Assembly: GCF_012927415.1 (NCBI RefSeq)
Contig: NZ_JABBPF010000015.1
Location: 20,213-84,212, forward strand
DNA: 64,000 nucleotides
Reading direction: 5' to 3'
From: Polaromonas sp.
GTDB taxonomy: Bacteria > Pseudomonadota > Gammaproteobacteria > Burkholderiales > Burkholderiaceae_C
The position numbers and the translations under genes are program-made. Positions 46,239 through 56,349 of the stretch are shown here, in pieces. Position 1 is the stretch's first letter. Every line of letters begins with the position of its first letter. The notes beneath the pieces are model-generated. The model saw only the letters and a list, made by a program, of their open reading frames with translations. It ran no database searches and was not told where the DNA came from.

Positions 46239-46607
46239 GCGCGCAATTTGCGCCAACTCGGCGACGCAAGGTATCTGATTTTGCGGCGTACGTGGGCACC
46301 ATTCGGGTTCCCTGGCCCCCCTTGCGGGTTAACCCAAAAAATGGGTCGCCAGGTGCCCCAACATCAGGGCTTTTCCCCGCTGACTCTTGAAGCCTGCCCA
46401 TGCGGTCATGTTTTGACGCCAAAAGCCGGGCGCCTGTCGGTGCGTCGATTTTGCAAGCCGATGCGGGTCGCCCTGCCTTGCATGCGGCTACAACTTTGAG
46501 TTAGGATGAATTTCGGTTTACCCGGGATGTCAGGGAAAAACTCAAGCGATCCGCATCCCGATATTCTGCAGAAATGCAGACTCATTTCGCTGCAAGGAAA
46601 ACGCAAT

Positions 46608-46958
46608 ATGCAAATCCACACCCATACCGACAAGAATATCGAGGGTGGCGAGAGGCTGGGCCTCCATGTCCAGACCCTGCTTCAAGCCAAACTGAGCCGC
46701 TTTCGCGAAAACATCACCCGCGTGGAGGCCCACTTGAGTGGCGAGAGCAGTCAAAAAGTCCGCACGGACAGCAAAAAGTGTGTGCTGGAGGCCAGGCCTG
46801 CAGGAATGCAGCCGCTGGTGGTGACGCATGTTGCAGAAACGCTTGACCACGCCATCAGTGGCGCAGCCGAGAAAATGGAGCGGTTGCTTGACGGCACCTT
46901 TGGTCAGCTTCATGATTTGAAAGGGCGAACCGCGACGGTCGGTGAGCAGCTTGACTGA
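46608..46958 (+). CDS. HPF/RaiA-like ribosome-associated protein
   Basis: MQIHTHTDKNIEG…ITRVEAHL…K.CVLEARPAG…V.H….LD.AI..A..K… pattern. Family assignment from memory. Confidence 0.5.
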   Translation: MQIHTHTDKNIEGGERLGLHVQTLLQAKLSRFRENITRVEAHLSGESSQKVRTDSKKCVLEARPAGMQPLVVTHVAETLDHAISGAAEKMERLLDGTFGQLHDLKGRTATVGEQLD

Positions 46959-47051
46959 GCAATTTTCCCTCTCTGTGGACTGATGGCGCAGGCTCCACCT
47001 TTCACTGAAAGGGTGGCCTGCCGTGTCAACGGCAGGCTCAGGGCTTACGGC

Positions 47052-47873
47052 TCAGGGCTTGAGAAAATCCCGAATCGCAAACAGCGTTTCGTCCGGCGCT
47101 TCGCTCATCTGGTGGTGGCCGACAGGCAGACTGGCAATTTGAACTGACTTGCCCGCGTTTCGGGCTGCGGTGACCAGGCTCTGAGCCGCTTTGGGCTGCG
47201 TCATCTGATCTTGTGCGCCCAGCACAAACAGAACTGGACAGGTGATTTGCTGAATTGCTTGCTCGCCATTGGCGTAGCTGTCGCAGGCCTTGAAACCGCG
47301 GTGAAACACATTGACCTTGGGGTTGCCGGCCAGCACACGGCGACCCAATGCCATACTGGCTCCATACACCCACGTGCCAGCAGCGACTGCTGAAGACGGA
47401 GGCGCCAGTGTGCTGCGAGAGAAAACATTGACCAGGCGCAGGGCCTTCAAAGGCTCGTTGAGCGAACTGTCGAGCAGTGCTTGAGAAACCTTCATCGGGA
47501 AGGCGGTGCCAACCAGCACGAGATGGCTGACGCGATCCTTCAGCTTAGACGCGGCTTCCAGCGCGATCAGCGAACCCCAGCTATGGCCGATCAGCGCTGC
47601 GCGCTGCAAGCCTGCCGCCTGCAGCAGCGCCATCACAAAGTCAGCCCCTTCTTCCACAGTGGACGGCGCTTCGCCTTCGCTGCGGCAGTGTCCCGGCAGG
47701 TCCACGGCCAGCACATTCCAGCCGTGGTGCGCCAGATAGCGCGTTTGCAAAATCCAGACGCTGTGGTCGTGCAGCACGCCGTGAATGAAAACCGCAGTGG
47801 GCTGGCTGGCATCGAAAACTTTGCCGCCGGTGTAGCAGTAGGTTTTGTGGCCGTTGACGGTGAGATGCATCAT
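47052..47873 (-). CDS. alpha/beta hydrolase
   Basis: GHSWGS nucleophile elbow. Overlaps the metY stop (ATGA). Confidence 0.75.
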   Translation of the reverse strand: MMHLTVNGHKTYCYTGGKVFDASQPTAVFIHGVLHDHSVWILQTRYLAHHGWNVLAVDLPGHCRSEGEAPSTVEEGADFVMALLQAAGLQRAALIGHSWGSLIALEAASKLKDRVSHLVLVGTAFPMKVSQALLDSSLNEPLKALRLVNVFSRSTLAPPSSAVAAGTWVYGASMALGRRVLAGNPKVNVFHRGFKACDSYANGEQAIQQITCPVLFVLGAQDQMTQPKAAQSLVTAARNAGKSVQIASLPVGHHQMSEAPDETLFAIRDFLKP

Positions 47874-49171
47874 GCAGCTGCCTTTTCTGCCGTTTTCAGG
47901 GCGCGCTTGAGGTCGTCAATCAGGTCGTCCGGGTCTTCGAGTCCGATGGAAAGACGAATCGTACCCTGCGAAATTCCCGCGCTGGCGAGCGCTTCATCGC
48001 TCATGCGGAAATGCGTGGTGCTGGCGGGGTGAATCACCAGGCTACGGCAGTCGCCGACGTTGGCCAGGTGGCTGAACAGCTTCAGTCCGTCCACGAAAGC
48101 CTTGCCCTGTTCGCGGCTGCCCTTGAGGTCAAAGCTGAACACCGAGCCGGCACCGCGCGGCAGCAGTTTTTTGGCCAGCGCATGGCTGGCATGCGACTCC
48201 AGCAAGGGATGGCCCACGCGCGACACAAAGGGCTGGCGGGACAGAAACGCAACGATTTTTTCAGTGTTGCCCATGTGGCGCGCCATGCGCAGCGGCAGCG
48301 TTTCAATACCCTGCAAGATCAGCCACGCAGTGTGCGGACTCATGCAGGCGCCAAAGTCGCGCAGGCCTTCGCGGCGCGCGCGCAGCAGGAAAGCACCCAC
48401 GGTGCTTTCCTCGCTGAAGACCATGTTGTGAAAGCCGTCGTAAGGTGCGGTCAATTCGGCAAACTTGCCTGACTTGTCCCAGTCAAAACTGCCGCCATCG
48501 ACCACGATGCCGCCGATGACAGTGCCATGGCCGCTCAGGAATTTGGTGGCCGAGTGATAGACCAGATCAGCGCCAAGATCGAAGGGCTTGATGAGCCAGG
48601 GCGAGGTCAGCGTGGAGTCGACCAGCAGCGGCACGCCCGCTTCATGGGCCATGGCCGACACCGTGGGGATATCCAGCACCTCCAGGCCCGGGTTGCCGAC
48701 GGTTTCGCCGAAAAACAGCTTGGTATTGGGCTGCACGGCCGTGCGCCAGCCGTCGATGTCGCCAGGTTTGACAAAGGTGGTGGCTATGCCGAAGCGGCGC
48801 ATCGTGTAATGCAGCAGGTTCTGCGAGCCACCGTACAGCGCGGTGCTGGCGACGATGTGCGAGCCAGCACCCATCAGCGTGGCAATGGAGAGGTGCAGCG
48901 CGGCCTGGCCGCTGGCAGTGGCGATCGCACCTATGCCACCTTCCAATGCCGATACGCGCTGCTCCAGCACCGCATTGGTCGGGTTGCTCAGACGCGAATA
49001 AACATGACCGCCGCGTTCCAGGTTGAAGAGGCTGGCAGCGTGGTCGCTCGATTCGAACACGAAGGAAGTGGTGAGGTGAATCGGCACGGCGCGCGCGCCA
49101 GTGGCCGGGTCGGGTGCAGCGCCAGCGTGCAGCGCCAGCGTGTCAAAACCAGGATCTGAATAACCGGGCAT
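47870..49171 (-). CDS. metY: O-acetylhomoserine aminocarboxypropyltransferase (sulfhydrylase)
   Basis: Cys/Met PLP-enzyme family. SATKFLSGHG (PLP lysine). Typical N-terminus …FDTLALHAG…. Confidence 0.9.
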   Translation of the reverse strand: MPGYSDPGFDTLALHAGAAPDPATGARAVPIHLTTSFVFESSDHAASLFNLERGGHVYSRLSNPTNAVLEQRVSALEGGIGAIATASGQAALHLSIATLMGAGSHIVASTALYGGSQNLLHYTMRRFGIATTFVKPGDIDGWRTAVQPNTKLFFGETVGNPGLEVLDIPTVSAMAHEAGVPLLVDSTLTSPWLIKPFDLGADLVYHSATKFLSGHGTVIGGIVVDGGSFDWDKSGKFAELTAPYDGFHNMVFSEESTVGAFLLRARREGLRDFGACMSPHTAWLILQGIETLPLRMARHMGNTEKIVAFLSRQPFVSRVGHPLLESHASHALAKKLLPRGAGSVFSFDLKGSREQGKAFVDGLKLFSHLANVGDCRSLVIHPASTTHFRMSDEALASAGISQGTIRLSIGLEDPDDLIDDLKRALKTAEKAAA

Positions 49172-49403
49172 GGGTTCGTTTCCAGTTCAAAAAAGACAAA
49201 TAAAAACGTCGCGGGATGGCGCTTAAATGCCCAGGGACGGGCCAGTGACGAGCTAGGGAGGTGGTTGAAATCGTTACATCGGCTGAGGAGATTGTGGGCT
49301 ATATTTGAAGTTGGTTCGAGTCGACATTCCCGGTGCAGCAATTTGTCCGGGCCATGAAAAAAAGCTGGCAGAACCATCTGGCAGAGCAACCGAGGAGAAA
49401 GCG

Positions 49404-49859
49404 ATGAAGGTTCTTGACATTCTGCGCGTGAAAGGCAACACGCTTTACACCGTCCAGCCGGACGAACCCCTGGCCACGGCGGCCAAGATCATGGCCGAAA
49501 AAGATATCGGCTCACTGGTCGTCATGGAGCATGGTGACCTGGTCGGCATGCTGACTTTTCGTGAGGTGATTCTTTGCCTCGTTAACAATGGCGGCGAAAT
49601 CGGCGGGACGCTGGTGCGAAAGGCTATGGACGACCACCCGCTGACCTGCACCTCCGAAACCGACATGGACGAGGTGCGCCGCATGATGCTGGACCGCCAT
49701 GCGCGTTACATGCCGGTGATGAACCAGAAGATGCTGATGGGCGTGATCAGTTTTTACGATGTCGCCAAGGCCGTGGTGGACAGCCAGAATTTTGAAAACA
49801 AGATGCTCAAAGCCTATATCCGCGACTGGCCCGCAGAGGAAGACGGCAAGGACGGCTGA
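49404..49859 (+). CDS. CBS domain pair protein
   Basis: Two CBS repeats (…[20 protein letters not shown]…; …RYMPVM….[10 protein letters not shown]). GAGGAG RBS. Confidence 0.8.
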   Translation: MKVLDILRVKGNTLYTVQPDEPLATAAKIMAEKDIGSLVVMEHGDLVGMLTFREVILCLVNNGGEIGGTLVRKAMDDHPLTCTSETDMDEVRRMMLDRHARYMPVMNQKMLMGVISFYDVAKAVVDSQNFENKMLKAYIRDWPAEEDGKDG

Positions 49860-49897
49860 GCCGCCGGCCTGCCGCGCGCTCTGGGATAATCCATCCC

Positions 49898-50995
49898 ATG
49901 AGCGGCAATACTTTTGGAAACCTCTTCGCAGTCACCAACTTTGGTGAATCCCACGGCCCGGCCATTGGCTGCGTAATCGATGGCTGTCCGCCGGGCATGC
50001 TGCTCGGCGAGTCCGATATCCAGCGTGACCTGGACCGGCGCCGTCCGGGTACCAGCCGCCACGTCACGCAGCGCGATGAACCCGACGCAGTTGAAATCCT
50101 GTCGGGCGTGTACCAGGGCAAGACCACCGGCACGCCGATTTGCCTGCTGATAAAAAACACCGACCAGCGCAGCAAGGACTACGGCAACATCCTTGAAACC
50201 TTTCGCCCTGGACACGCAGACTACACCTACCTGCACAAATACGGTCTGCGCGACCCGCGCGGCGGTGGCCGGTCATCCGCCCGTCTGACGGCGCCAATGG
50301 TCGCGGCCGGTGCCGTGGCCAAAAAATGGTTGCTTGAAAAGTACGGCACGACGTTTCGCGGCTGCATGACGCAGATTGGCGACATTGTGATTCCTTTCGA
50401 GTCCTGGGATCATGTTTCCCACAACCCGTTTTTTGCGCCGGCGGCCGACGTATCAAATCTTGAGACTTACATGGATCACCTGCGCAAGGCCGGTGATTCA
50501 TGCGGTGCGCGCATTCGCGTCACCGCTGCAGGGGTGCCAGTGGGCTTGGGCGAGCCGCTATTCGACAAGCTTGATGCCGATATTGCCTTTGCCATGATGG
50601 GTATCAACGCCGTCAAGGGCGTGGAAATAGGCGCAGGTTTTGCCAGCGTCATGCAGCGCGGCACCACCCATGGCGATTCGCTGTCGCCCGGCGGCTTCAT
50701 GTCGAACAACGCTGGTGGCGTGCTGGGCGGCATCAGTACCGGGCAGGCCCTGGAAGTGTCGATTGCGATCAAGCCAACGAGCTCCATCATCACGCCGCGC
50801 CAGTCGATAGATACCGCTGGTCATCCAGCCGAAGTGGTGACCAAAGGCCGCCACGATCCCTGCGTGGGGATTCGCGCGACCCCGATTGCCGAGGCGCTGC
50901 TGGCGCTGGTGGTGATGGAACACGCGCTGCGCCACCGCGCACAGAACGCTGATGTGCGGGTCAGCACGCCCGACATCATGAACCAGCGAGCTTGA
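49898..50995 (+). CDS. aroC: chorismate synthase
   Basis: [18 protein letters not shown]…RRPG.SR…RSSAR. Confidence 0.95.
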   Translation: MSGNTFGNLFAVTNFGESHGPAIGCVIDGCPPGMLLGESDIQRDLDRRRPGTSRHVTQRDEPDAVEILSGVYQGKTTGTPICLLIKNTDQRSKDYGNILETFRPGHADYTYLHKYGLRDPRGGGRSSARLTAPMVAAGAVAKKWLLEKYGTTFRGCMTQIGDIVIPFESWDHVSHNPFFAPAADVSNLETYMDHLRKAGDSCGARIRVTAAGVPVGLGEPLFDKLDADIAFAMMGINAVKGVEIGAGFASVMQRGTTHGDSLSPGGFMSNNAGGVLGGISTGQALEVSIAIKPTSSIITPRQSIDTAGHPAEVVTKGRHDPCVGIRATPIAEALLALVVMEHALRHRAQNADVRVSTPDIMNQRA

Positions 50996-51333
50996 TTTCA
51001 GTTGGCCGCTCCCAGAAGGAACGGTTTATGATGAAATCGGCAGTATGTCCAGTAAGTATGGCATTGTGGTGCTATTGAATAAATAGCAATATGGGTGCGC
51101 GAAAAGTCTTTAAAAAATGCCGCCGCCTTGCTGCATGTGAGTGACGTTGCCCTTGTTCAGTCCAGCCTTCGGCAAGACCGGCATTCAGGTAGGGCGTGCC
51201 AGCGGTGCGGTGGGTAGGGGAATGGCGTAGCCGCGCTATTGCAGATTAACCTGAACACCTGCTCCGACCTCCGGGGATTGGTTTTTGAAACGTCGCACCG
51301 GCAAACGGATCAATACAAGGAAAGCACGAGGTC

Positions 51334-51738
51334 ATGAGGATGAGTGATTACGACAAAGGCATGGTCAACCGGCGCCGGGTACTTGGTGATGCATGGGTAG
51401 ACAAGGCGGAGGCTGGCGGCAATGCTTTCAATGGCGAATTCCAGGATCTGATCACGCGCTATGCATGGCACGAAATCTGGGGACGCCCCGCCCTCGGTGA
51501 CAAAACGCGGCGCCTGATGGTGCTGTCCACCATGATCGCGCTGAAGGCCCACGAGGAATTTGCCTTGCATGTGCGCGCCGCGCTGGGTGGTCCGCCGGAG
51601 TCCCGGCTCACGCCAGCGGACATAAAGGAAGTGATCTTGCAGGCGGCCATTTATTGCGGCGTCCCCGCCGCCAACCATGCGTTTGCAGTGGCGGGCGAAA
51701 TTCTGCGTGAAAAAGGCCTTTTGGCCGCCGCAGATTGA
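51334..51738 (+). CDS. pcaC: carboxymuconolactone decarboxylase family protein (PcaC-like)
   Basis: …RRRVLGDAWVD… …WHEIWGRP.L..KTR.L… pattern. Confidence 0.75.
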   Translation: MRMSDYDKGMVNRRRVLGDAWVDKAEAGGNAFNGEFQDLITRYAWHEIWGRPALGDKTRRLMVLSTMIALKAHEEFALHVRAALGGPPESRLTPADIKEVILQAAIYCGVPAANHAFAVAGEILREKGLLAAAD

Positions 51739-51746
51739 ACAAGACC

Positions 51747-52532
51747 ATGCACAAACCCGTCTTGAACTGGACCCGGGAGGGTCAGGGCCCGCTGGTGGTT
51801 TTAAGCCACGCGCTGGGTTGCGACCTGGGTATGTGGGACAGCGTGAGCGCCTTGCTGAAAAATCAATACACCGTCTTGCGGTATGACCACCGCGGCCATG
51901 GTCAATCCGAAGCACCGCCCGGGCCCTACAACATCGACCTTTTTGCAGATGATGCCGCCAACCTGATTGCCAGCCAGGCAGCAGGTCCGGTGCATTTTGT
52001 CGGGCTGAGTCTGGGCGGCATGACCGCGCAGGCCCTGGCGGCCAGGTATCCAGAGAGGGTTCAAAGCATCGTGCTGGCCAATTCGGCCAGCTGGTACGAC
52101 GGTGCCGCGCGCGCCATGTGGCGGGCCCGCGTCGATACGGTGGTGGCGCAGGGTGTCGCAGCGATTGCCGACGGCGCCATGCAGCGCTGGTTTACTGCGG
52201 AATTCCGGGCCGATAGTGGCGGCGCGCGGTGCGTGGCAGCCTTGCGGAGCCGGTTGGAAAAAACAGACGCTGCCGCTTATGCGGCGAGTTGCGGGGCGGT
52301 CGCGAGCATCGACTTTCGCGCCAGCAACCAAAGTATCCGTTGTCCGGCGCTGGTGATAGGCGGCACGCGTGATGAAGCTGCACCGCTGGCGATGTCGCAA
52401 GCCATTGCCGACAGCATTGCGGGCGCGCAGTTGCGCACAATGGCGGCGGCCCACCTCAGTGCCGTGGAGCAGCCTGAAGCCTTCGTCCAATTGCTGGAGC
52501 CTTTTCTTCGGGGCATGCAGCAAGCCGGCTGA
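51747..52532 (+). CDS. pcaD: 3-oxoadipate enol-lactonase-like alpha/beta hydrolase
   Basis: GLSLGG nucleophile. Adjacent to the PcaC-like gene. A TTG alternative start at 51735 overlaps the pcaC stop. Confidence 0.7.
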   Translation: MHKPVLNWTREGQGPLVVLSHALGCDLGMWDSVSALLKNQYTVLRYDHRGHGQSEAPPGPYNIDLFADDAANLIASQAAGPVHFVGLSLGGMTAQALAARYPERVQSIVLANSASWYDGAARAMWRARVDTVVAQGVAAIADGAMQRWFTAEFRADSGGARCVAALRSRLEKTDAAAYAASCGAVASIDFRASNQSIRCPALVIGGTRDEAAPLAMSQAIADSIAGAQLRTMAAAHLSAVEQPEAFVQLLEPFLRGMQQAG

Positions 52533-52633
52533 TGCCGTTGAGCGGCGCGGCGCGGCTGCGCCAGCGGATAATCAGGGCGCTGTTGGCCGGCATGCGCGAC
52601 CTGGAATCCGATCACACACTGAAAGACTCTGTC

Positions 52634-53089
52634 ATGAAAACAGCCCTTGTCCTGAATGGTCCCAACCTCAATTTACTAGGGATGCGAGAACCCGCCGTGT
52701 ACGGCTCGCAAACGCTGGCTGACGTGGAGGCGCTGTGTTTAAAGGCCTGCGCCGCCCACGGTTTCAAGCTCGATTTTCGCCAGAGTAACCATGAGGGCAT
52801 ACTGATCGAGGCGATTCATGACGCAGGGCGAGCCGAGGCGGCCGGCACACTGGCGGGTGTAGTGCTCAACGCTGGCGCCTACACGCACACCAGCGTAGCG
52901 TTGCACGACGCCATCAAGGGGTCTGGTGTGACGTTGATTGAACTGCACATCAGCAACGTGCATGCGCGTGAGGCGTTTCGCCATCATTCCTATATTTCAC
53001 CCGTCGCCAAGGCCGTGGTGGCCGGGTTTGGCATCAAAGGTTATGCCCTGGCAATCGCGGGTCTGGCTGAGCTGACACAGACAGTCTGA
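52634..53089 (+). CDS. aroQ: type II 3-dehydroquinate dehydratase
   Basis: VLNGPNLNLLG.REP..YG … NAGAYTHTSVA..DA. Confidence 0.9.
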   Translation: MKTALVLNGPNLNLLGMREPAVYGSQTLADVEALCLKACAAHGFKLDFRQSNHEGILIEAIHDAGRAEAAGTLAGVVLNAGAYTHTSVALHDAIKGSGVTLIELHISNVHAREAFRHHSYISPVAKAVVAGFGIKGYALAIAGLAELTQTV

Positions 53090-53129
53090 CTCACTTGAGT
53101 GAACTTCCGAAGCCTGCAGGCGCTGACGC

Positions 53130-53534
53130 ATGCCACCCCTGAAGTTTCTGGTGGACGAGCGCGAGGTGGAATTCAGTGCCATCCGGGCGCAGGGTGCGGG
53201 CGGGCAAAACGTCAACAAGGTTTCCAGCGCGGTGCATCTGCGCTTTGACATCGCGGCCTCGTCGCTGCCCGAAGAGATTAAAAGCCGTCTGCTGGCCCTT
53301 AGCGACAATCGCATCACGCAGGAAGGCGTACTGGTTCTGAAGGCGCAGCAGCATCGAACGCAGGAGATGAACCGAAGTGATGCCCTCGCGCGCTTGCAGG
53401 AAGTGGTCGATGGTGTCTCCAATCCGCCCAAAGCCAGGCGCGCGACCAAGCCAAGCTACGGTTCCAGACAGCGCCGCCTGGAAGGTAAAAGCCAGCGGTC
53501 GGCCACCAAGGCGCTGCGCGGAAAGCTGCGGTGA
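53130..53534 (+). CDS. arfB: alternative ribosome-rescue factor ArfB (peptidyl-tRNA hydrolase, GGQ)
   Basis: RAQGAGGQNVNKVSSAVHLRFD and a basic C-terminal tail. Confidence 0.85.
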   Translation: MPPLKFLVDEREVEFSAIRAQGAGGQNVNKVSSAVHLRFDIAASSLPEEIKSRLLALSDNRITQEGVLVLKAQQHRTQEMNRSDALARLQEVVDGVSNPPKARRATKPSYGSRQRRLEGKSQRSATKALRGKLR

Positions 53535-53981
53535 GGCCTTTTCCTGGAATGGCGCCCGAGAGCCTTACGCCAGCCCGGTTGTCCGAACGCGCCAGAGTGC
53601 TGCATGGTCGTGTGTTCGATCAGATCGTCCCGCTGATGGCTCCCTCAGCTAGCTGGAGGGCAGGCAGTTGGGGGTTGGTCATGGCGTGGTGGACCAAGTG
53701 ATTCCGGTAGTCAGTGCCCGCGCCATCCGCAACGCGGTCCGTGCGTTGCCGAATACGCTGCGCTAAAGCGAATTTCACAATGCTCGCGAAGTCACCAGCG
53801 ACAAATTGGTGCAACCTATGCAGTGGCTGCAGGACCTGGCGGCATAGTCAATGTCAGATGATTGTTGGACCAGCGGGTTTCGTCAGTCTCCGGTTCCTGG
53901 CCGGCGGCTGCGAATCTGATAGCCTATGCAGCGCAGGATGCGTGGCAGTTGCCCGTGCGGCAGCCCCAATGAAAGCAGGTC

Positions 53982-54875
53982 ATGGAATTGAATCGGGAAA
54001 TCATCACCACAGCACCTCGCCCCGCAGCCACCGTGGTGATGCTGCGAGACGTGGCTGCGGGACTGCAGGTGTTTCTGATGAAACGCCACAGCCGGTCCGA
54101 CGTGCTGGGCGGGGCCTATGTGTTTCCGGGAGGTAAGGTCGATGCGGCGGATGCCGAGCTTGACATGGCGGCTCATCTGGACCAACCCCTGCGCCGGCTG
54201 CATGCCACGCTGAACGAGGCCGACATCAGCGAGCGCACGGCTGGCGGGCTGTATGTGGCGGCATTGCGGGAAACTTTCGAAGAGTCCGGTGTGCTATTTG
54301 CCCAGCAGGCCACCAGGCAAACGCTTGATTCTGCAGACTGGCTCTCGCGGGCAGCTGCGTTGCTGCGCGCAGGTCATGCTTTCAACACGGTGCTGGCGCA
54401 GACGGGGCTGCGCATGCAGACCCGGAGTATCGTGCCCTGGTCACGCTGGATCACGCCGACCGCGCCCTCAGTGATGAATAAACGATTTGACACCCGATTT
54501 TTTGTGGCTGCCATGCCGCCAGGTCAGGTAGCGCGCCACGACAACTTTGAAACCACCGAAAGTATCTGGCTCAGCCCGCGAACGGCGCTTGAACAATACT
54601 GGTCTGGCCAGATCGATCTGGCTCCGCCTCAGATCATGAGCCTGGCGCACCTGTCGCGTCATGCCGATGTGCGCAGCGTGCTGGCGGCGGCGGGTATCCG
54701 GCCGCCGCCGGTGATCCAGCCTGAGCCTTTTGAGCTTGAGGGCAGCAGGGTGATTTGCTATCCGGGTGATGCATGCCATTCGGTGCGTGAGCAGGCGCTT
54801 CCCGGTCCCACCCGTTTGTGTTACCGCAACAAGCGTTTTGAGCCCGTCGACGGCTTTGATGCCCTGTTTCTGTAA
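53982..54875 (+). CDS. NUDIX hydrolase
   Basis: Nudix box PGGKVD…AALRETFEESGV. Confidence 0.8.
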   Translation: MELNREIITTAPRPAATVVMLRDVAAGLQVFLMKRHSRSDVLGGAYVFPGGKVDAADAELDMAAHLDQPLRRLHATLNEADISERTAGGLYVAALRETFEESGVLFAQQATRQTLDSADWLSRAAALLRAGHAFNTVLAQTGLRMQTRSIVPWSRWITPTAPSVMNKRFDTRFFVAAMPPGQVARHDNFETTESIWLSPRTALEQYWSGQIDLAPPQIMSLAHLSRHADVRSVLAAAGIRPPPVIQPEPFELEGSRVICYPGDACHSVREQALPGPTRLCYRNKRFEPVDGFDALFL

Positions 54876-54911
54876 TGGCTCTGGGCACTGGCCGCTGGGC
54901 ATAAACAAGAT

Positions 54912-55787
54912 ATGAGTCGATTGACAGAACCGGCGTTGCCCGCTGAAGCGCAAGCGCTTTTGCTTCTCGCTACCCGCGCAGAAACACCTGGCGGATCAGG
55001 CGTTGTAGTCTGGCACCGTTGGGGTGAACAAAGCTGCAGGCAATGTCTCTCGCCCGTCGTGCTTTTTCATGGCGGTAGCGGCAGCTGGACGCACTGGCTG
55101 CGCAATATTCCTGCGCTGGTCCAGTCGGGACGCGAGGTGCTTGTGCCCGACTTGCCGGGTTTTGGTGATTCGGCCATGCCCTTGTTCGGCACCGATGCTG
55201 ATGCAGTGCCTGAACCGATCGAGCAGGGTCTGAAAATTCTGCTTGGTCATCGCGCGTGTGATCTGGTGGGCTTTTCGTTCGGCGGCATGGTGGCAGGTTT
55301 TATCGCCGCGCAGTTTCCGTCGCGCGCCAGTCAGTTGGTTCTGGTTGGGGCGCCCGGGCTGGGCATAGCGCCAGAGAAGGCCATCCGGCTGAGTTCCTGG
55401 CGGCACCTGCCTGAGCTGGCCCAGCGCGATGCCGTTCATCGCAGCAACCTGGCGGCGCTAATGCTCTATCGTCCGGAGGCGATAACCGAGCTGGCCTTGC
55501 GCCTGCATGTGGCCAACTTGCTGCGCGACCGCATGAAAGGGCGTAGTCTTTCGCGCACTGACTTGCTGGCTCGACGCTTGGCACAGGTGCGTTGCCCCGT
55601 TGATGCCATTTACGGCAATGAAGATGCGCTTTACAGGGGCCGCATGCAGGCCCTTGAGCCCGCCCTGCGGCAGGCCGTTGGTTTCGCATCACTCAGGCTG
55701 ATTGAACGGGCAGGCCACTGGGTTCAGTTCGAGCGGGCTGACGCCTTCAATGAGGCGCTTCTCTCAGTGCTTGGCCCGGACTTGTAG
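54912..55787 (+). CDS. alpha/beta hydrolase
   Basis: HGGSGSW … GFSFGG. Confidence 0.75.
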   Translation: MSRLTEPALPAEAQALLLLATRAETPGGSGVVVWHRWGEQSCRQCLSPVVLFHGGSGSWTHWLRNIPALVQSGREVLVPDLPGFGDSAMPLFGTDADAVPEPIEQGLKILLGHRACDLVGFSFGGMVAGFIAAQFPSRASQLVLVGAPGLGIAPEKAIRLSSWRHLPELAQRDAVHRSNLAALMLYRPEAITELALRLHVANLLRDRMKGRSLSRTDLLARRLAQVRCPVDAIYGNEDALYRGRMQALEPALRQAVGFASLRLIERAGHWVQFERADAFNEALLSVLGPDL

Positions 55788-55790
55788 TCG

Positions 55791-55820
55791 GCGCGGGTTT
55801 TTTTGGCCGCGCTTATTTTT
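55791..55820. terminator. possible bidirectional terminator between convergent genes
   Basis: gcgcgg-N10-ccgcgc, T-rich on both sides. Confidence 0.4.
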
Positions 55821-56223
55821 CGATTCCCAGCAGTTCGACTTCAAAAGTCAGCGTTGCGTTGGGTGGAACGACACCGCCAGCGCCGCGATCGCCATAGGCG
55901 GTGGCTGGCGGACAGGTCAATGTTGCCTTGCCTCCGACCTTTATTTTTTGCATGCCTTCGGTCCAGCAGGGTACGACGCGGTTGAGCGGGAAGGTGGCGG
56001 GCGTGCCTCGCTTGAAGGAACTGTCAAATTCCTTGCCATCGGCAAGCGTGCCGCGGTAATGGACACGCACGGTGTCCGACGCCTTGGGCTGAGGGCCGTT
56101 ACCGTCCACCTCATGGACAATTTTTACGCCCGAGGCCAGTGTTTCTGAAGGTGCTGCGGCAAACGCGGTGCCGGTAATCAGCAGGGTAACGTTCAGGGCA
56201 AGCAAGGTCTTTGTGATTTTCAT
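55813..56223 (-). CDS. FKBP-type peptidyl-prolyl isomerase (exported)
   Basis: Signal peptide. VHYRGTLADGKEFDSS…F.L…VI.GW.EG…GGK…P…AYG. Confidence 0.85.
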   Translation of the reverse strand: MKITKTLLALNVTLLITGTAFAAAPSETLASGVKIVHEVDGNGPQPKASDTVRVHYRGTLADGKEFDSSFKRGTPATFPLNRVVPCWTEGMQKIKVGGKATLTCPPATAYGDRGAGGVVPPNATLTFEVELLGIEK

Positions 56224-56349
56224 TGTGAATGGGGTTAGGCAGGTAAGGTGAGTGATTGATGGGCCAGCGCACTGAAGTTGTGCTGCTGAATTATCCCCAT
56301 CTTGCGAGAACCACTGTTACGAAACGCTACAGCGCGGCGTGTTGCTGAA

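Noticed and set aside
49172-49403. metY leader inspected for a SAM-type riboswitch
   Set aside because: I could not recognise any SAM-II or SAM/SAH conserved core by eye. A covariance-model scan would be needed to be sure.
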